Shown: positions 51,375 through 63,679, counted from the stretch's first letter. The stretch: 64,000 nt of DNA from Chiloscyllium plagiosum (GCF_004010195.1 NC_057719.1:42869925-42933924), one strand, 5' to 3'. Translations and numbers: made by a program. Notes: generated by a model from the letters alone, not told the origin.

Positions 51375-51623
51375 ACACATTCAACCTAGAGGAGAAAGTG
51401 AGGTCTGCAGATGCTGGAGATCAGAGATGGAAATGTGTTGCTGGAAAAGCGCAGCAGGTCAGGCAGCATCTAGGGAACAGGAGAATCGACGTTTCGGGCA
51501 TTAGCCCTTCTTAGCCCTTCTGAAGAAGGGCTAATGCCCGAAACGTCGATTCTCCTGTTCCCTAGATGCTGCCTGACCTGCTGCGCTTTTCCAGCAACAC
51601 ATTTCCATCACACGTTCAACCTA
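51375..51623. mobile_element. Young fold-back family A element with perfect 87-bp arms and 14-bp TSD
   Basis: Arms 51426-51512 and 51523-51609 are exact inverted copies; TSD acac(a/g)ttcaaccta. Confidence 0.9.
51517..51550 (+). ncRNA. Minimal hammerhead-ribozyme motif (family A, intact core)
   Basis: CTGAAGA-A-GGGC-taat-GCCC-GAAA-CGTC-GAT. Confidence 0.65.
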
Positions 51624-53491
51624 CTCAACCTCTCCTCATTAGAAAATCTCTCCATACCTCAGATCAACCTAGTGAACTTCCTCTGTTTTACCTCCAATAC
51701 CAGCATATCCTCCTTAGATTAAGGGGACCAAAATTGTTTACACTCTTCTAGGTACGCCTTGTACAGTTTTAGCAAGACCTCCTATTTTTATACTCCATTT
51801 CCCTTGAAACAAAGGCCAAGAATTCTTTTGCCTTTCCCGTTACACAATGAATTTATATGATGGTATTTTGTGGTCCATGCACAAGGATTTCCGAATCCCT
51901 CTGTGCTGCAGTTTTGTGCAGGCTTTCTCCATTTAGATAATATTCTGTTCCATTATACTTACTGTATAAGTACAACATTTTCGCACATTATATTCCATGT
52001 TTTAAGTATTTGCCCACTCGCTTAACCTGTCCATATCTATCTGTAGATTCTTTGTGTCATCCCTCCCACTTTTGTGTCATCTGCAAACTTGGCAATAGTA
52101 CATTCACTTCTGTCATCTAGGTCATTAATATATATTGTAAATAATTGTGACCCCAGCACTGATCCCGTGATACTCCACTAGTTACAGACTGCCATCCTGA
52201 ACTTTCCTCCTTTATCCCAACTCTCTGTCTTCTATTGGCTAGCCAATCCTCTATCCATTCTACCCATCCTGTCATACACCCCCTCCAATACCATAGATAC
52301 ATACCTTATTAAATAGCCATGTGAGCCGTACATTGTTGTAAGCCTTATAAAAAGCCAAATATATTACATTCACTGGTTCCCCTTTATCTATCCTGTTTAT
52401 TTCATCCTCAAAGTGTTCTAATAAATTTGTCAGGCACAATTTCCTCTTCCTGAACTCATGCTGACTCTGCTTGATTATCTTACATATGTCAAAGTGCTCT
52501 GCTATTACAACCTTTATTATAGACCCTAACATCTTCCCAATAACAGATGCCAACCTAACTGGCCCCTTCCTTATTTAAATAAAGTTGTTACATTAGTAAT
52601 TTCCCAATCCTATGGGACTTTTCCAGTTTATAAAAGTTCTTAGAATACTATTAGTGTTGCATCCATGATTTCTGTAGGTACTTGCATTAAAATCCTGGGA
52701 TGCAAAACATGAGGTCTAGGGACTTAGAATAATTAGTTTCCCTAGTTTGTTTTTGTTAGTGACAGTTATTATATTAATGTGTTTATTTAGTATTTTTGGA
52801 GAATTTTTGTCCTCTACCATGAATGGATTTCCTATAAGTCAAAAAATGTGCAACTCCAAATGTATTGTGCTTGATTTTTGAGCTGCCTTGATCTAGGGCT
52901 CCTTTACAATGGATCTGGGCTCATTCTCTTACCATATGTATCTAGTTATGCAATTAAGGTCCTAACAGTAGCATATGGCCTCAATTAAGTGATTTAAGCA
53001 GCATTCTGCAGTTTTAGTTGGACAGACTGCTTATGCATGTACAGGAGAGCCTGAATATTGTGTCTAAATTCAATGTTTCATGCTTGCAGGCACAAAGCAG
53101 GCTGCTACTTGTTGCGTTCCAGCTCCATAGTATTCATTTAGTTTAAATTCATTTCTTAATGCTATGTTTCCTTTGACAGAACTTATCATTTTGCCAGAAA
53201 ATATTTATTCCCTTGAGCACCTTACTTCACACTCTAATAATCAAGTATATTTGCTTTCTACAATTTACTGCTTTTACAAGGATATAATCTCACTTCTGTA
53301 GTAAAAGAAAACACCACAAAAATAAATAAATGGCATGCACCAATCTTAAATGTAACATTGAGTTAGCAGGTAAGGCCTAAATTTCATTTCTATATTCTTA
53401 AGCCAAAACAGAATTGATTTCACCAAATTCTAGATTCATTTCCTCTTGCAACTATTGTAGATCTCAGCTAATAGTATACCTGATGGGGTTA

Positions 53492-53710
53492 CAGGTCATT
53501 CTGCTATGACACGTGTTTCGTTAACACGAATTTGCTGTCACGCGATTGATGAATTGGTGACACTGTTTCTAAAGCGTGAACTTTGAAAACATGTGTTGGC
53601 TGTAACGCAATTACATTGCCAACACTTTAAACACTGTTTCTAGTGCACAATTTTTCTATAACTTGGGGTTGCACAAGAACACAACTCTCGCTTTATCGAG
53701 GACCTACCTG
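53492..53710. mobile_element. Tigger/pogo-like MITE
   Basis: TA|caggt...acctg|TA; homologous to the reverse complement of 30811-31028. Confidence 0.72.
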
Positions 53711-54539
53711 TACATTACATAGTAAGTAATTCAATTAATTATCAAAACATCTGAAAAACAGACTATATGTAATTAATTCCATTGGTGTTTGAATTTGGCC
53801 TTTCTATCATACTACATTAGTGGTACTACTGGCTATCTGTTAGATCATTTGTATAGTTTACAATAATATAAGGAAACTATTATCTATCATATTTGAAATT
53901 ATAATTTTTCTGGCATCTTACTGTATCACAGCTGATATAAAACAATTTCCTTGTATTATACCATCTTGTAACTCAGCCATTCCACTTTGTATCTAATTCT
54001 AATTGATACTGTAATGACATTAGATTATACAGTTGGAATCTTACTATATTTTTCTTGATTACAAATGAAACACAACATCCCAGTTTCTACACTGTTAAGG
54101 AGTTAAACAAAAATAAGATTGATGGCCATCCAGCTCTGTGTTAGTTCTGACATGATTTTCTAATTGAACCTTTCAACTTGGCTGCCATCCAACTCCAAAA
54201 ACCATCAGAGACTTGGTCAAATTCACCAACCACAAGATTATGACTGCAGCAATTGACCAGTAATCAGTTTTTACCCTTCTTGTCTGAGGCTTTAAAACAT
54301 TTGCATCCTGCATTACTGCCTCTCCTTTATAGTCCACCTCTTTGTGAACACCCTATCATACATCCAACCTACCTCAGTATAGACAGCATATCTTTTGCCA
54401 TTGTTTCTCCTTTAAACTGTATGGGTGCCTCCAACATGCCCAATGGAGACAATCTTTCTCCACTATTATTTTTCTATCAAAAGCTTTCCCTTAAAATAGG
54501 GTCAGCTTGCTTACAGATATCTCTCTTCCATCAATTAAA

Positions 54540-55080
54540 GGATGGTTACAGAAGGAGGTTATTTGGCTTGTCGGTTCTCTGTTACAGCACTTCAGCCAAT
54601 CCCTGATTTTTCCCTCCAGCCCTGCAATTCATTTCTCTTCATGTACCTACTTAATTATCTTCTGAAAACCTCAATTGAATATGCTTCAATCAGTCTTTTA
54701 AGCAGTGATTTTCAAAACTTAACCATGCACTGTGTAAAAGTTTCTTTTCATATGTACTTTGGTTGTTTTTCCAATCACCTTAACTCTCTGTTTTTGTTTC
54801 TCAAACCTTGTGCCTAGAGGAACAGCTTCTCTTCATCTACCCTGTCTAGATCCCTTAAGATTTTGATTAGTTCTATCAAATCATTCCTCAATTTTCTCAC
54901 AGGAGAACAATTCTTCAATCTCACAGCCACTCATCCCTGGAACAATTCTGGTAAATATTTTCTATAGTATATCCATCACAGATATCCTAAAGCGCAGTAG
55001 CCAGGCTTGGACACAATATTATAGTTGAGGCCTAGAAAGAGTTTTTGAAGCTTCATTGTAATTTTATTTTCTCTGTACTC
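54540..55080 (-). mobile_element. Degenerate CR1 3' fragment
   Basis: acagaaggagg...ttttccctccagccctgcaa...tctaccctgtctagatccc. Confidence 0.65.
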
Positions 55081-55154
55081 TGCCTTCTTGCTTCAAAACT
55101 GCTTCTTTAAGTCCAAGGGACGAAAACTTAAATGGATATGGCAGACAATTAGGC

Positions 55155-55283
55155 AAAAGTGAGGACGGCAGAAGCTGGAAACCAGAGTTTAGATTAGAGT
55201 GTTGCTGGAAAAGGACAGCAGGTCAGGCAGCATCCGAGGATCAGGAAAATCGACGTTTTGGGCAAAAGCCCTTCATCAGGAAT
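55155..55283 (-). mobile_element. Family A element
   Basis: Minus strand CTGATGA-A-GGGC-tttt-GCCC-aAAACGTCGA. Confidence 0.78.
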
Positions 55284-55659
55284 AGATCTCCTCCTGTCCT
55301 GATTTAGCATCATCCTTTAGTTTAGGCACAGCAAGAGGGTGATAGTAGAGAAACTAAAGGACGATGCTAAATCAGGACAAGAGGCTGGGGGCTCATGAGG
55401 GAATGTTTAGCTCAGCAGGCCACTTGAAGTGATAAAAATGGCTGAGGCAGTTGGCCTCAATATTAGTGACAAAGTCTAGGAGTTCCTTGTGTCTATTGAT
55501 GGAGGTAAGCAGAAAGGAGACAGGCAAGGGGGTGTTTAAAATGGCAGATTTCTGTAGAAAGAAAGAACTCAGGGGTTACCTTTACATTCCTACTATCTTT
55601 TTCTCTTCAAAGTCTTTGAATATGTCCTCACCTCACAAATCAGTGTTTATCCCTCCACA

Positions 55660-56190
55660 CCATGTTTAAATCCCTCCAATCCAGCTTCCGTTCTTACCAT
55701 TATATTCAGACTGCTCTTATCAAAGTCACAAAAATATCCTCTAATATTCTGACAAAATCACAATTTCTCCCCTCATCTTTCACAGCCTGTCTGCAGTCTT
55801 TGAGCAAGAAACAGATCCACCTTCAAATTTCCTCTGCTGTTATCTCGTTGAGTGAGAGTACTCTCATCATATTCCATTCTTATCTATCTCATAGCAACCA
55901 AATTATCATTTGCCATGACTCTTTTCCTGCCCCTTCAGTTATCTCTAATTACCTCCGAGGATCTATATCACAACTACATGCTGCTCCTAAGTGACATTAT
56001 CTGAAGAAAACAGCATTAGTTTCCACATATATGTTAACGATACCCAAATCTCTCTCACCTCATCTCTCAACTCCTCCACCATTGCTAAAACATCACACTG
56101 CATATCTGACATTCAGTTTGGATGAACAGTAATTTGCTCCAACTAAACATTGTGAAGGCCTAGCCCATTGTCTTTGGTCCCAGTCTCAAA
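55660..56190 (+). mobile_element. L2-like RT fragment
   Basis: LQSSFRSYHYIQTALIKVT peptide and YVNDTQ (YADDTQ-like) region. Confidence 0.7.
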
Positions 56191-57173
56191 TTTGAGGGGG
56201 ATTGAAGTGTGTAAGAGTGATGAACAACCATTCACAATCTACATAACTACTCTGTTTCATATCACCTAACCTGTTTTCAATCTGAGCCACCCAATGTCCA
56301 TATTTCCATCACTTTCAACCTTTCTTGCAGGCCTATTCAGTGGCTCTTTATCAAATCTCTTTATCAAATCGCTTTATCAAGTCTATGACTCTACATAAGC
56401 CACCTTCACCAACCTCCCTGTACCCCAGCAAAAAAAACTTAATTGAGGTGGTTAAACACAATTTTCTTTTCATAAAATTATGTCAATTTTCCTTAACACA
56501 CTTCTGCGTCTTGTTGCTTTCTATCTCTTCCATCGTCTAGAGAACATTCCCCTTATATCTGAAAAACCAGTTCCAATATGGACTTGAATATGTACATGTA
56601 TCCATTAGGAAGTTTGTTTAAAATTAAAAAGCAATTTGACCAATACATTCTTAATTTGACATATGTACTTCAGTGGCACTTAAGTGTGTTGAACACATGT
56701 TACTAGAAAAATAAGCTGATTCACTTAAATCATAATTTTTACAATTGTGGGGCATCTGGATTAAAACATTTTTAAACTTTACACAGTAAATGATTTTTGA
56801 ATTTGTTGTACAGACATGCTAAGTTACATATCATGGACACAAAAAGGCGGCTTCAATTCCTATTATTTTCCCTTAGCTAAACATTATTTTGTTTAAAATT
56901 TTCTGTCTTTATGATCATACACTCACTTTTGCTCTACCACAATAAACAATAAAAGCAAACTGTATGAGAGAAATTATATCTTAATCCTGTCAAGCCTGTT
57001 TCTTTTTGCACATCTATTCAATACATGCAAATAAGATACAATGCACATTTATGAACATGCTTAATGACTCCATTCATTAGTGAGCATTACTAGCTAATCT
57101 TCTGGTTGGTGACCCCTGATTAAGTTTGCTGTCTGTCATTGTATCTACTGATAAGGACTTGGAAACTGTCAAA

Positions 57174-57374
57174 AAGCACAGTGTGGAGCTGAAAAATGTG
57201 TTGCTGGAAAAGCGCAGCAGGTCAGGCAGCATTCAAGGAGCAGGAGAATCAACGTTTCGGGCATAAGCCCTTCTTCAGGAATGAGGAGGGTGTGCCAAGC
57301 AGGCTAAGATAAAAGGTAGGGAGGAGGGACTTGGGGGAGGGGTGTTGGGAATGCGATAGGTGGAAGCACAGTGT
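57174..57374 (-). mobile_element. Family A element with intact hammerhead core and 11-bp TSD
   Basis: aagcacagtgt at both ends; minus strand CTGAAGA-A-GGGC-ttat-GCCC-GAAA-CGTT-GAT at ~57248-57281. Confidence 0.82.
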
Positions 57375-58276
57375 AAAAACATTAATTAAAACCATAATCA
57401 ATCATGTATAGACTATAACATGCTGCAACATGATCTCAAGGGCTCACACAATCCTTATAAATGCTTTAAGATGTTTGTTATACAAATGTTCACAGACAGA
57501 TTATACTCAAAATTTCTTCACCAGCTTTAATAGAAAGTTTCAAATATTTTGAATATTTCCGAGATTTTTGTAGCCTTTTGCTGGTGGAGGCTGAATAATA
57601 TGATGATAGGACTCTCAATTACACTAAGGGAGTTTGGCCATCAGGTAGTACTTGGAAAAAGTTAATGCTGCGATCATCTCAATCATGAACAAACTATTCA
57701 TGATTCATTGTCTCACTTAGGACAATAACTGAACTTCTCAATGGCCTCAATGGTATTATATATTTTCCCCCAGTGGTTTTAATTTAAAATGTCAACATTC
57801 AACAATAGTACAAATTGATTATTAATTGATTAGGAAGGTAATTTCCCAAAAAGGCAGAAATCCCCATTTACGTCATTTCCTTCATTGAGACCTTTATTTT
57901 TATTCCAACTCCATTTCAGACCTAATCCTTCCAGAAATCACATTTCCAAGGTTTGTGCAGGTCTATCATTCTACTATCAAAGTTAAAAAACAAACAACAC
58001 CAGGTTATAGTCCAACAGATTTATTTGGAAGCCCTAGCTTTTTGGAATGCTGCACTTTCATCAGCTAGACGTGGAGGATAAGATCATGATCACAGAATTT
58101 ATAGCCAAAGGAGTCCATGTCACGGAGGTATGATACATTAAATAATTTTAGATTAATTCTTTCATCTTTTAAAATTGGATAAACTGGTTTCTGTTCTTTG
58201 ATATGTAAATGCCAGAACTTCTTTTAAATTACATTCTCAAGATAGTTCAGCTTTTCCAACGATAGCATTTTGAGAA

Positions 58277-59005
58277 AGTAAATCTTAGCAGGACTTATAC
58301 ACTTATTAGTCTGCACCTTGGAGTGCAGGTTCAGAGCTCTTTGAAAGTAGATTTGCAGGTGGATAGGATCGTGAAGAAAGCGTTTGGTATGCTTTCCTGT
58401 ATTGGTCAGAGTTTTGAGTACAGGCGTTGGGAGGTCATGTTGCGGCTGTACAGGACATTGGTTAGGCCACTGTTGGAGTACTGTATGTAATTCTGGTCTC
58501 CTTCCTATCGGAAAGATGTTGTGAAACTTGAAAGAGTTCAGAAAAGATTTACAAGGATGTTGCCAGGGTTGGAGGATTTGAGCTATAGGGAGAGGTTGAA
58601 TAGGCTGGGGCTGTTTTCTTTGGAGCCTCGGAGGCTGAGGGGTGACTTTGTAGAGGTATATAAAATCATGAGGGGCATGGATAGGATAAATAGACAATGT
58701 CTTTTCTCTGGGGCGTGGGAGTCCAGACTAAAGGGAATAGGTTTTGATGAGAGGGGAAAGATATAAAAGAGACCTAAGGGGCAGAATTTTCACACAGAGG
58801 GTGGTACATGTATGGAATGAGTTGCAGAGGAAGTGGTGGAGGCTGGTACGATTGTAACATTTAAAAGGCATCTGGATGAGTATATGATAAGGAAGGGTTT
58901 GGAGGGATATGGGCCAGGTGCTGGTAGGTGGGACTAGATTGGGTTGGAATATCTGGTCGGCATGGACGGGTTGGACCGAAGGTTCTTTTTCAGTGCTGTA
59001 CCATT
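58277..59005 (+). mobile_element. Young CR1 (HER1-like) LINE 3' fragment nested in PLE arm
   Basis: KLERVQKRFTRMLPGLEDLSYRERLNRLGLFSLEPRRLRGD peptide. Confidence 0.9.
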
Positions 59006-60152
59006 CTCTTACCCTGTGACTCTAACAGGTGTGACGTCTCTCTGTGCCCCAATGTTTAATCAGACTTACAAGCCCTCTACATAGTTTTTCAAAGTTAAAA
59101 ATCACACAACATCAGGTTATAGTTAACAGATTTATTTGGAAGCACTAGCTTTCGGAGCACCGCTCCTTCACAGAATTTTTAGCAAAGATTTACAGTGTGA
59201 TCCAACTGAAATTATATATTGAAAAAGACCTAGATTGTTTGTTGAGTCTCTCACCTTTTAGAATGACCATGTTGGTTTCAGTTCTTTCATATGTAAATCC
59301 AAGAACTTTGTTTTAAAATTGCATTCTCAAGTTAACTTTAACAATAGATGCTATGTCGTCTCAGATAATGCATTGAAGGTGTGAGGTACCCTATGTGAGG
59401 CTGTCTGTGCCCCAATGTTCAGACTGATTTTAATCTAAAAATGGGATTTACAGAATCTTACATGGATTCATGCAGTTTTTTGAGCAAAATAAAATATAAA
59501 TCTGGATGTACAAATTTACCCCATAAACATATGTGTGTGTGTATGCATGTGCGTGTGTATGAATGTGTGTGGGGTTGGAGGTGGGGGGCACTGTTGGCAG
59601 TGTGGTATGAGTGTCTGTGAGAGAGTTTGTGTATGTGTATGTGGGGTCAAAGGTGGATTTTGGGACAAGCAACAACACAGAGTGGCTAAGCAGAAGCTGA
59701 TCGCAAAGTTCAGGAATGGCCTCAACTGGGACCTTGCGTTCATGTCACATAACGGGTGATCCCACTGCACGATATACTCTGTCACAGATAAACACACTCC
59801 TACATGCTCACACACCCACGCAGACCCTCTCTCATACACAAGCTCTCTCTCTCATATGCACACACAGACACACCTTCCTCACTCACACTCACACACACAT
59901 AACCAAGCTTACACACATTCTATCTTGTGCACTCATGCCCACATGCACCCACTCACATGCACATTCACTCTGCCACTCCTACAAGCGCACACATATAAGT
60001 TTATGGGGAGAATTTGTTTTTGCAGAATTGCATTTTATTTTGCTCAGTGGCTGCATGAATCCATGTAAAACTCTGTAAAACTATGCAGAGGGCTTGTCAG
60101 TCTGACTCAAGGTTGGGACACAGACAGACTTCACACCTATTGTTAGAAAAGC

Positions 60153-60388
60153 TGAGCTTGAGAAGTGATTTGGAGATGCCAGTGTTGGACTGGGGTGTAC
60201 AAAGTTAAAAATCACACAACACCAGGTTATAGTCCAACAGGTTTAATTGGAAGCACACTAGCTTTCGAAGCGACGCTCCTTCATCATCACTGCCACCCGA
60301 TGAAGGAGCGTCACTCCGAAAGCTAGTGTTTTTTCAATTACACCCGTTGGACTATAACCTGGTGGTGTGTGATTTTGAGCTTGAGAAG
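60153..60388. mobile_element. Fold-back family B mini-element with 13-bp TSD
   Basis: tgagcttgagaag at 60153-60165 and 60376-60388; two opposed, core-mutated hammerhead motifs. Confidence 0.82.
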
Positions 60389-61912
60389 GTAATTTAAAAG
60401 AAGTTCCGGGATTTACATATCAAAGAACAGAAACCATCATATCCCATTATAAAAGATGAAAGATCTAATCTAAAATTGTTTAATGCATCACTGGACTCCT
60501 TTGGCTATAAATTCTGTGATCATGATCTTATCCTCCATAATCACCCGATGAAGCAGTGTCACTCCGAAAGCTAGGGCTATCAAATAAGCCCTTGGGACTA
60601 TAACCTGGTGTTGTGTGACTTTTAACTTTGTCCAGCCCAATCCAAAACTGGCAAGTCCAAGTCATTATACTCTCAAGGTTTCATTAACGTTGCCCTGAAA
60701 CGATGTGTTTAGGTATGTTTAAGCACAAAGATAATTAATCTTGGCCTCAGACTTTTTCATTCCATCTGATGGGAGTACCTTTACCTTATGTCTGTGTGTG
60801 CCACTACAACTCTACTGAGACTGGAATTTCAGGGAATTACATTAAAAAATGAATCTTAGGGAATTACAAAGGTGAAGACTCCTTCAACAAATGCATACAT
60901 AATGGCACTTCAGTGCATTATGATCGCCATCATGACCACCTTATTACTCAATCTAATTTTGCTCAGCAAAGCATAAATAATTACAATTATACCTTATTTA
61001 TTAAACTTTGCTGAAATGCAGTTTGCAAAAATCTTTTCCAGTTTTATAAGCAAATTGGTACAAATCAACACAGTGGTAGCATTATTACTAGAATAAAGGG
61101 GTCTTCAACAAGTTTTCACAAACATACTTGAGAAGTTTGCTATTGTGCATTTAGTTTTCTAATTCAGAGTTGTATGAACTACTGAAATGAATCCCAAGGC
61201 TAAGTCATGGGGGAGTAGCCTGCTGTTCCAAGTGGATCATTGAGCAGGCAAACAGAATTCCAAGCTAAAAATAATTAGCAGTTCATGTGAGTCACATGGT
61301 GTAAGCCCAGACTCTAATTCTACAGCAGCCACATTTGTAAAATGCCTTGGGGTTTCTCCTGCTACATATGAACACAGGAGCATTAGAAATATGCTCAAAA
61401 TGTCAGACATACTCCTGATATTGACATTACTAATGGTCAGGCATTCTAGATTTCAGCCCATTCCGTCATAACTGCCTTTCTGACATTAGCAAATGTGATC
61501 CCTGTCATGCATTTTCATTTACTTTCTTCAGCAGATTGCACATAATACCATGGATGCACTACAGTTTTAAAAACAACTTTTCAATTGGAAATTTCAGAAT
61601 TTGCCCTGATTAAGGAAAGCTTTGAACATTGATTATTGTTTAAATTCTAAAGTTGGTACAGTCATTTTTTCAAGACAAGAAAATAGTTTTGAATAATGAA
61701 ATATTAAAAAGGTGATTACTTACAAACATGAATCTAATTAATTTGTTTTAATTCTTTAAAAAAACAGCTTTTTATAAATTCACCGTTAGTTTAGAGGGAA
61801 TTATATTCATGAATCATCCATCGTATGAATTACAGAGAATACTTCAATTGTAAATCTACACAGCTTTCTCATTTAAATTTTGCATTAACAATGTAATCCA
61901 AACTACTTTCAT

Positions 61913-63257
61913 AGTCCGCCTTGGAGGATGGTCACCCAAAGGTCCGAGGTCGAATATCCTGGACCACTGAAGTGTTCCCCAACTGGGAGGGAACACTCCC
62001 ATCTGTTGATTGTTGTGCGGTGCCCATTCATCCGTTGTTGTAGCCTTTGCTCGGTTTCCCCAATGTACCATGCCTCCGGGCATCCTTGCTTGCAAAGTGT
62101 AAGGTAAACAACGTTGGCTGAGTCACATGAGTACCTGCCATGTACAAGGTGGGAGGTGTCCCCACGTGTAATGGTGGTATCTATGTCCACAATCTGACAC
62201 GTCTTGCAGCGTCCACCGTGACAGGGTTGTATGGAGTTGTCCTGAGAGCCGAGCAGCTTGCTACGAACAACGATCTGTTTGAGATTTGGCAGTTGCTTAA
62301 AGGCAAGTAGTGGAGGTGCGGAGAAGGTCTTGGTGAGGTGCTCATCCTCATTGATAATGTGTTGCAGGTCACGAAGAACATAGCGTAGTTTTTCAGCTCC
62401 TGGGAAATATTGAACAACGAAGGGTGCCCTGTCGGTTGCAGCAAGGGCCTCAACCGGGACCTTGGGTTAATGTCACATTACAGGTGACCACCATTGCACT
62501 ATACACACACACAGATACTCCTACATACACACACACACGCATTCCTATACACACATACACACGGACACGCATATACACAGACACCCACACACACCCTTAC
62601 AGACACATACACTCCCACACTCACACATGCACCCCCTCACAGACTTAAGACACTCTGCACTCACTGCACACACACACATACGCTTTCTCACACTCACAAC
62701 CCTCAACCCAGACAGATACACACATACAGACAGACAAAGACCCACATGCAAACATATATTTTTTGGAGTGAATTTGTACTTGCAGGGTTACATTGTACTT
62801 TGCTCGAAAACTGCATGCATTCATGTAGAACTCTGAGCTCAAAAACTGCATGAATTCATGTAAAACTCCGTTATCTCACTTTTTAGATTAGAATCAATCT
62901 AAACATCATGGCATAGACAGAGAACACAGGAGGCTAACACCTTCAACATATTGTCTAGCTATCACCATTGCTAACAGCTAACCCGAGAGTGCAACTTTTT
63001 AATAAAAGGTTTTGTGATTTACACATGAAAAAAGTGAAACTATCATGATATTCTAACAGATGAAAGGCTGAGCAAACAATCAATTTTTCAATGTATAATT
63101 TCAGTTACATCACACTGTAAATTTTTGCTATAAATTCTTTGTGTTAGGATTGAGCCGTCCACAATCACCTGATGAAGGAGCGTCGCTCCGAAAGCTAGTG
63201 CTTCCAATTAAACCTGTTGGACTATAACCTGGTGTTGTGTGATTTTTAACTTTGTAC
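61913..63257. mobile_element. Penelope-like retroelement with inverted GIY-YIG segment and 3' terminal repeat
   Basis: Minus 61913-62430 encodes YSCDSANVVYLTLCKQGCPEAWYIGETEQRLQQRMNGH...VGEHF (GIY-YIG endonuclease). Plus 62440-63257 has the ORF end (GLNRDLGLMSHYR*), a CA-rich tract and the terminal repeat. Confidence 0.88.
63166..63200 (+). ncRNA. Minimal hammerhead-ribozyme motif (family B, intact)
   Basis: CAC-CTGATGA-A-GGAGC-gtc-GCTCC-GAAA-GCTA-GTG: 3-bp stem I, 5-bp stem II, palindromic AGCT in place of stem III. Confidence 0.75.
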
Positions 63258-63679
63258 AAACTGGGATGGTTGCTTTGCAGAATACCTCTGCTCAGTCTGC
63301 AAGCATTATCCCAACACATCTATTACTGTACTATCAGTCTTTTCCCTACAGCCATTAACTGTCCGTTTACCTTTTGTTCAGTGACACCTGTGATCTGTAA
63401 ACTCCCTCACCCTCTAACCTTCCACCAGCCTTCTCTTCTAGTTCATTTGCTCCATGCAACCTTTTCCAATAGCATGAAACCTGTAACTTTTCAACCTCCC
63501 TTCAGTTTTGGAGAAATGTATAAAACATTAACCCTGTTTCTCTCTCCACAGAATCTGCCAGACCTACTGAGTTTCTCTGGCGCTTGGTCAGTTGCAGTTT
63601 GAAGCACTTTGTTCAGTTTTTGACACCTCAAGAAAAACATATTGGCCGTCTAGAAATGGCAGCTTAGTCACACTATATT

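Larger units (their letters stand above)
51027..52700 (-). mobile_element. CR1 LINE fragment
   Basis: YSLEFRRMRGSLFEAYKIL, WIEDWLANRRQRVGI and QSQHEFRKRKLCLTNLLE peptides. Confidence 0.88.
57979..60665. mobile_element. Nested Penelope-like cluster (inverted arms, ORF C-terminus, CA-rich 3' region)
   Basis: Family B termini at both ends in opposite orientation; GGFWDKQQHRVAKQKLIAKFRNGLNWDLAFMSH peptide at 59652-59759. Confidence 0.78.

Noticed and set aside
7483..58766. RT-like short ORFs as host genes or an active retroelement
   Set aside because: All are truncated, frameshifted LINE fragments; no intact ORF2 in the window.
60255..60580. Three further hammerhead motifs as active ribozymes
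   Set aside because: Core substitutions (ATGATGA, CCGATGA) and stem II mismatches; counted only as decayed copies.
59448..62853. His/Thr- and Cys/Val-rich ORFs
   Set aside because: Translations of the CA/TG-rich tracts of Penelope-like elements.
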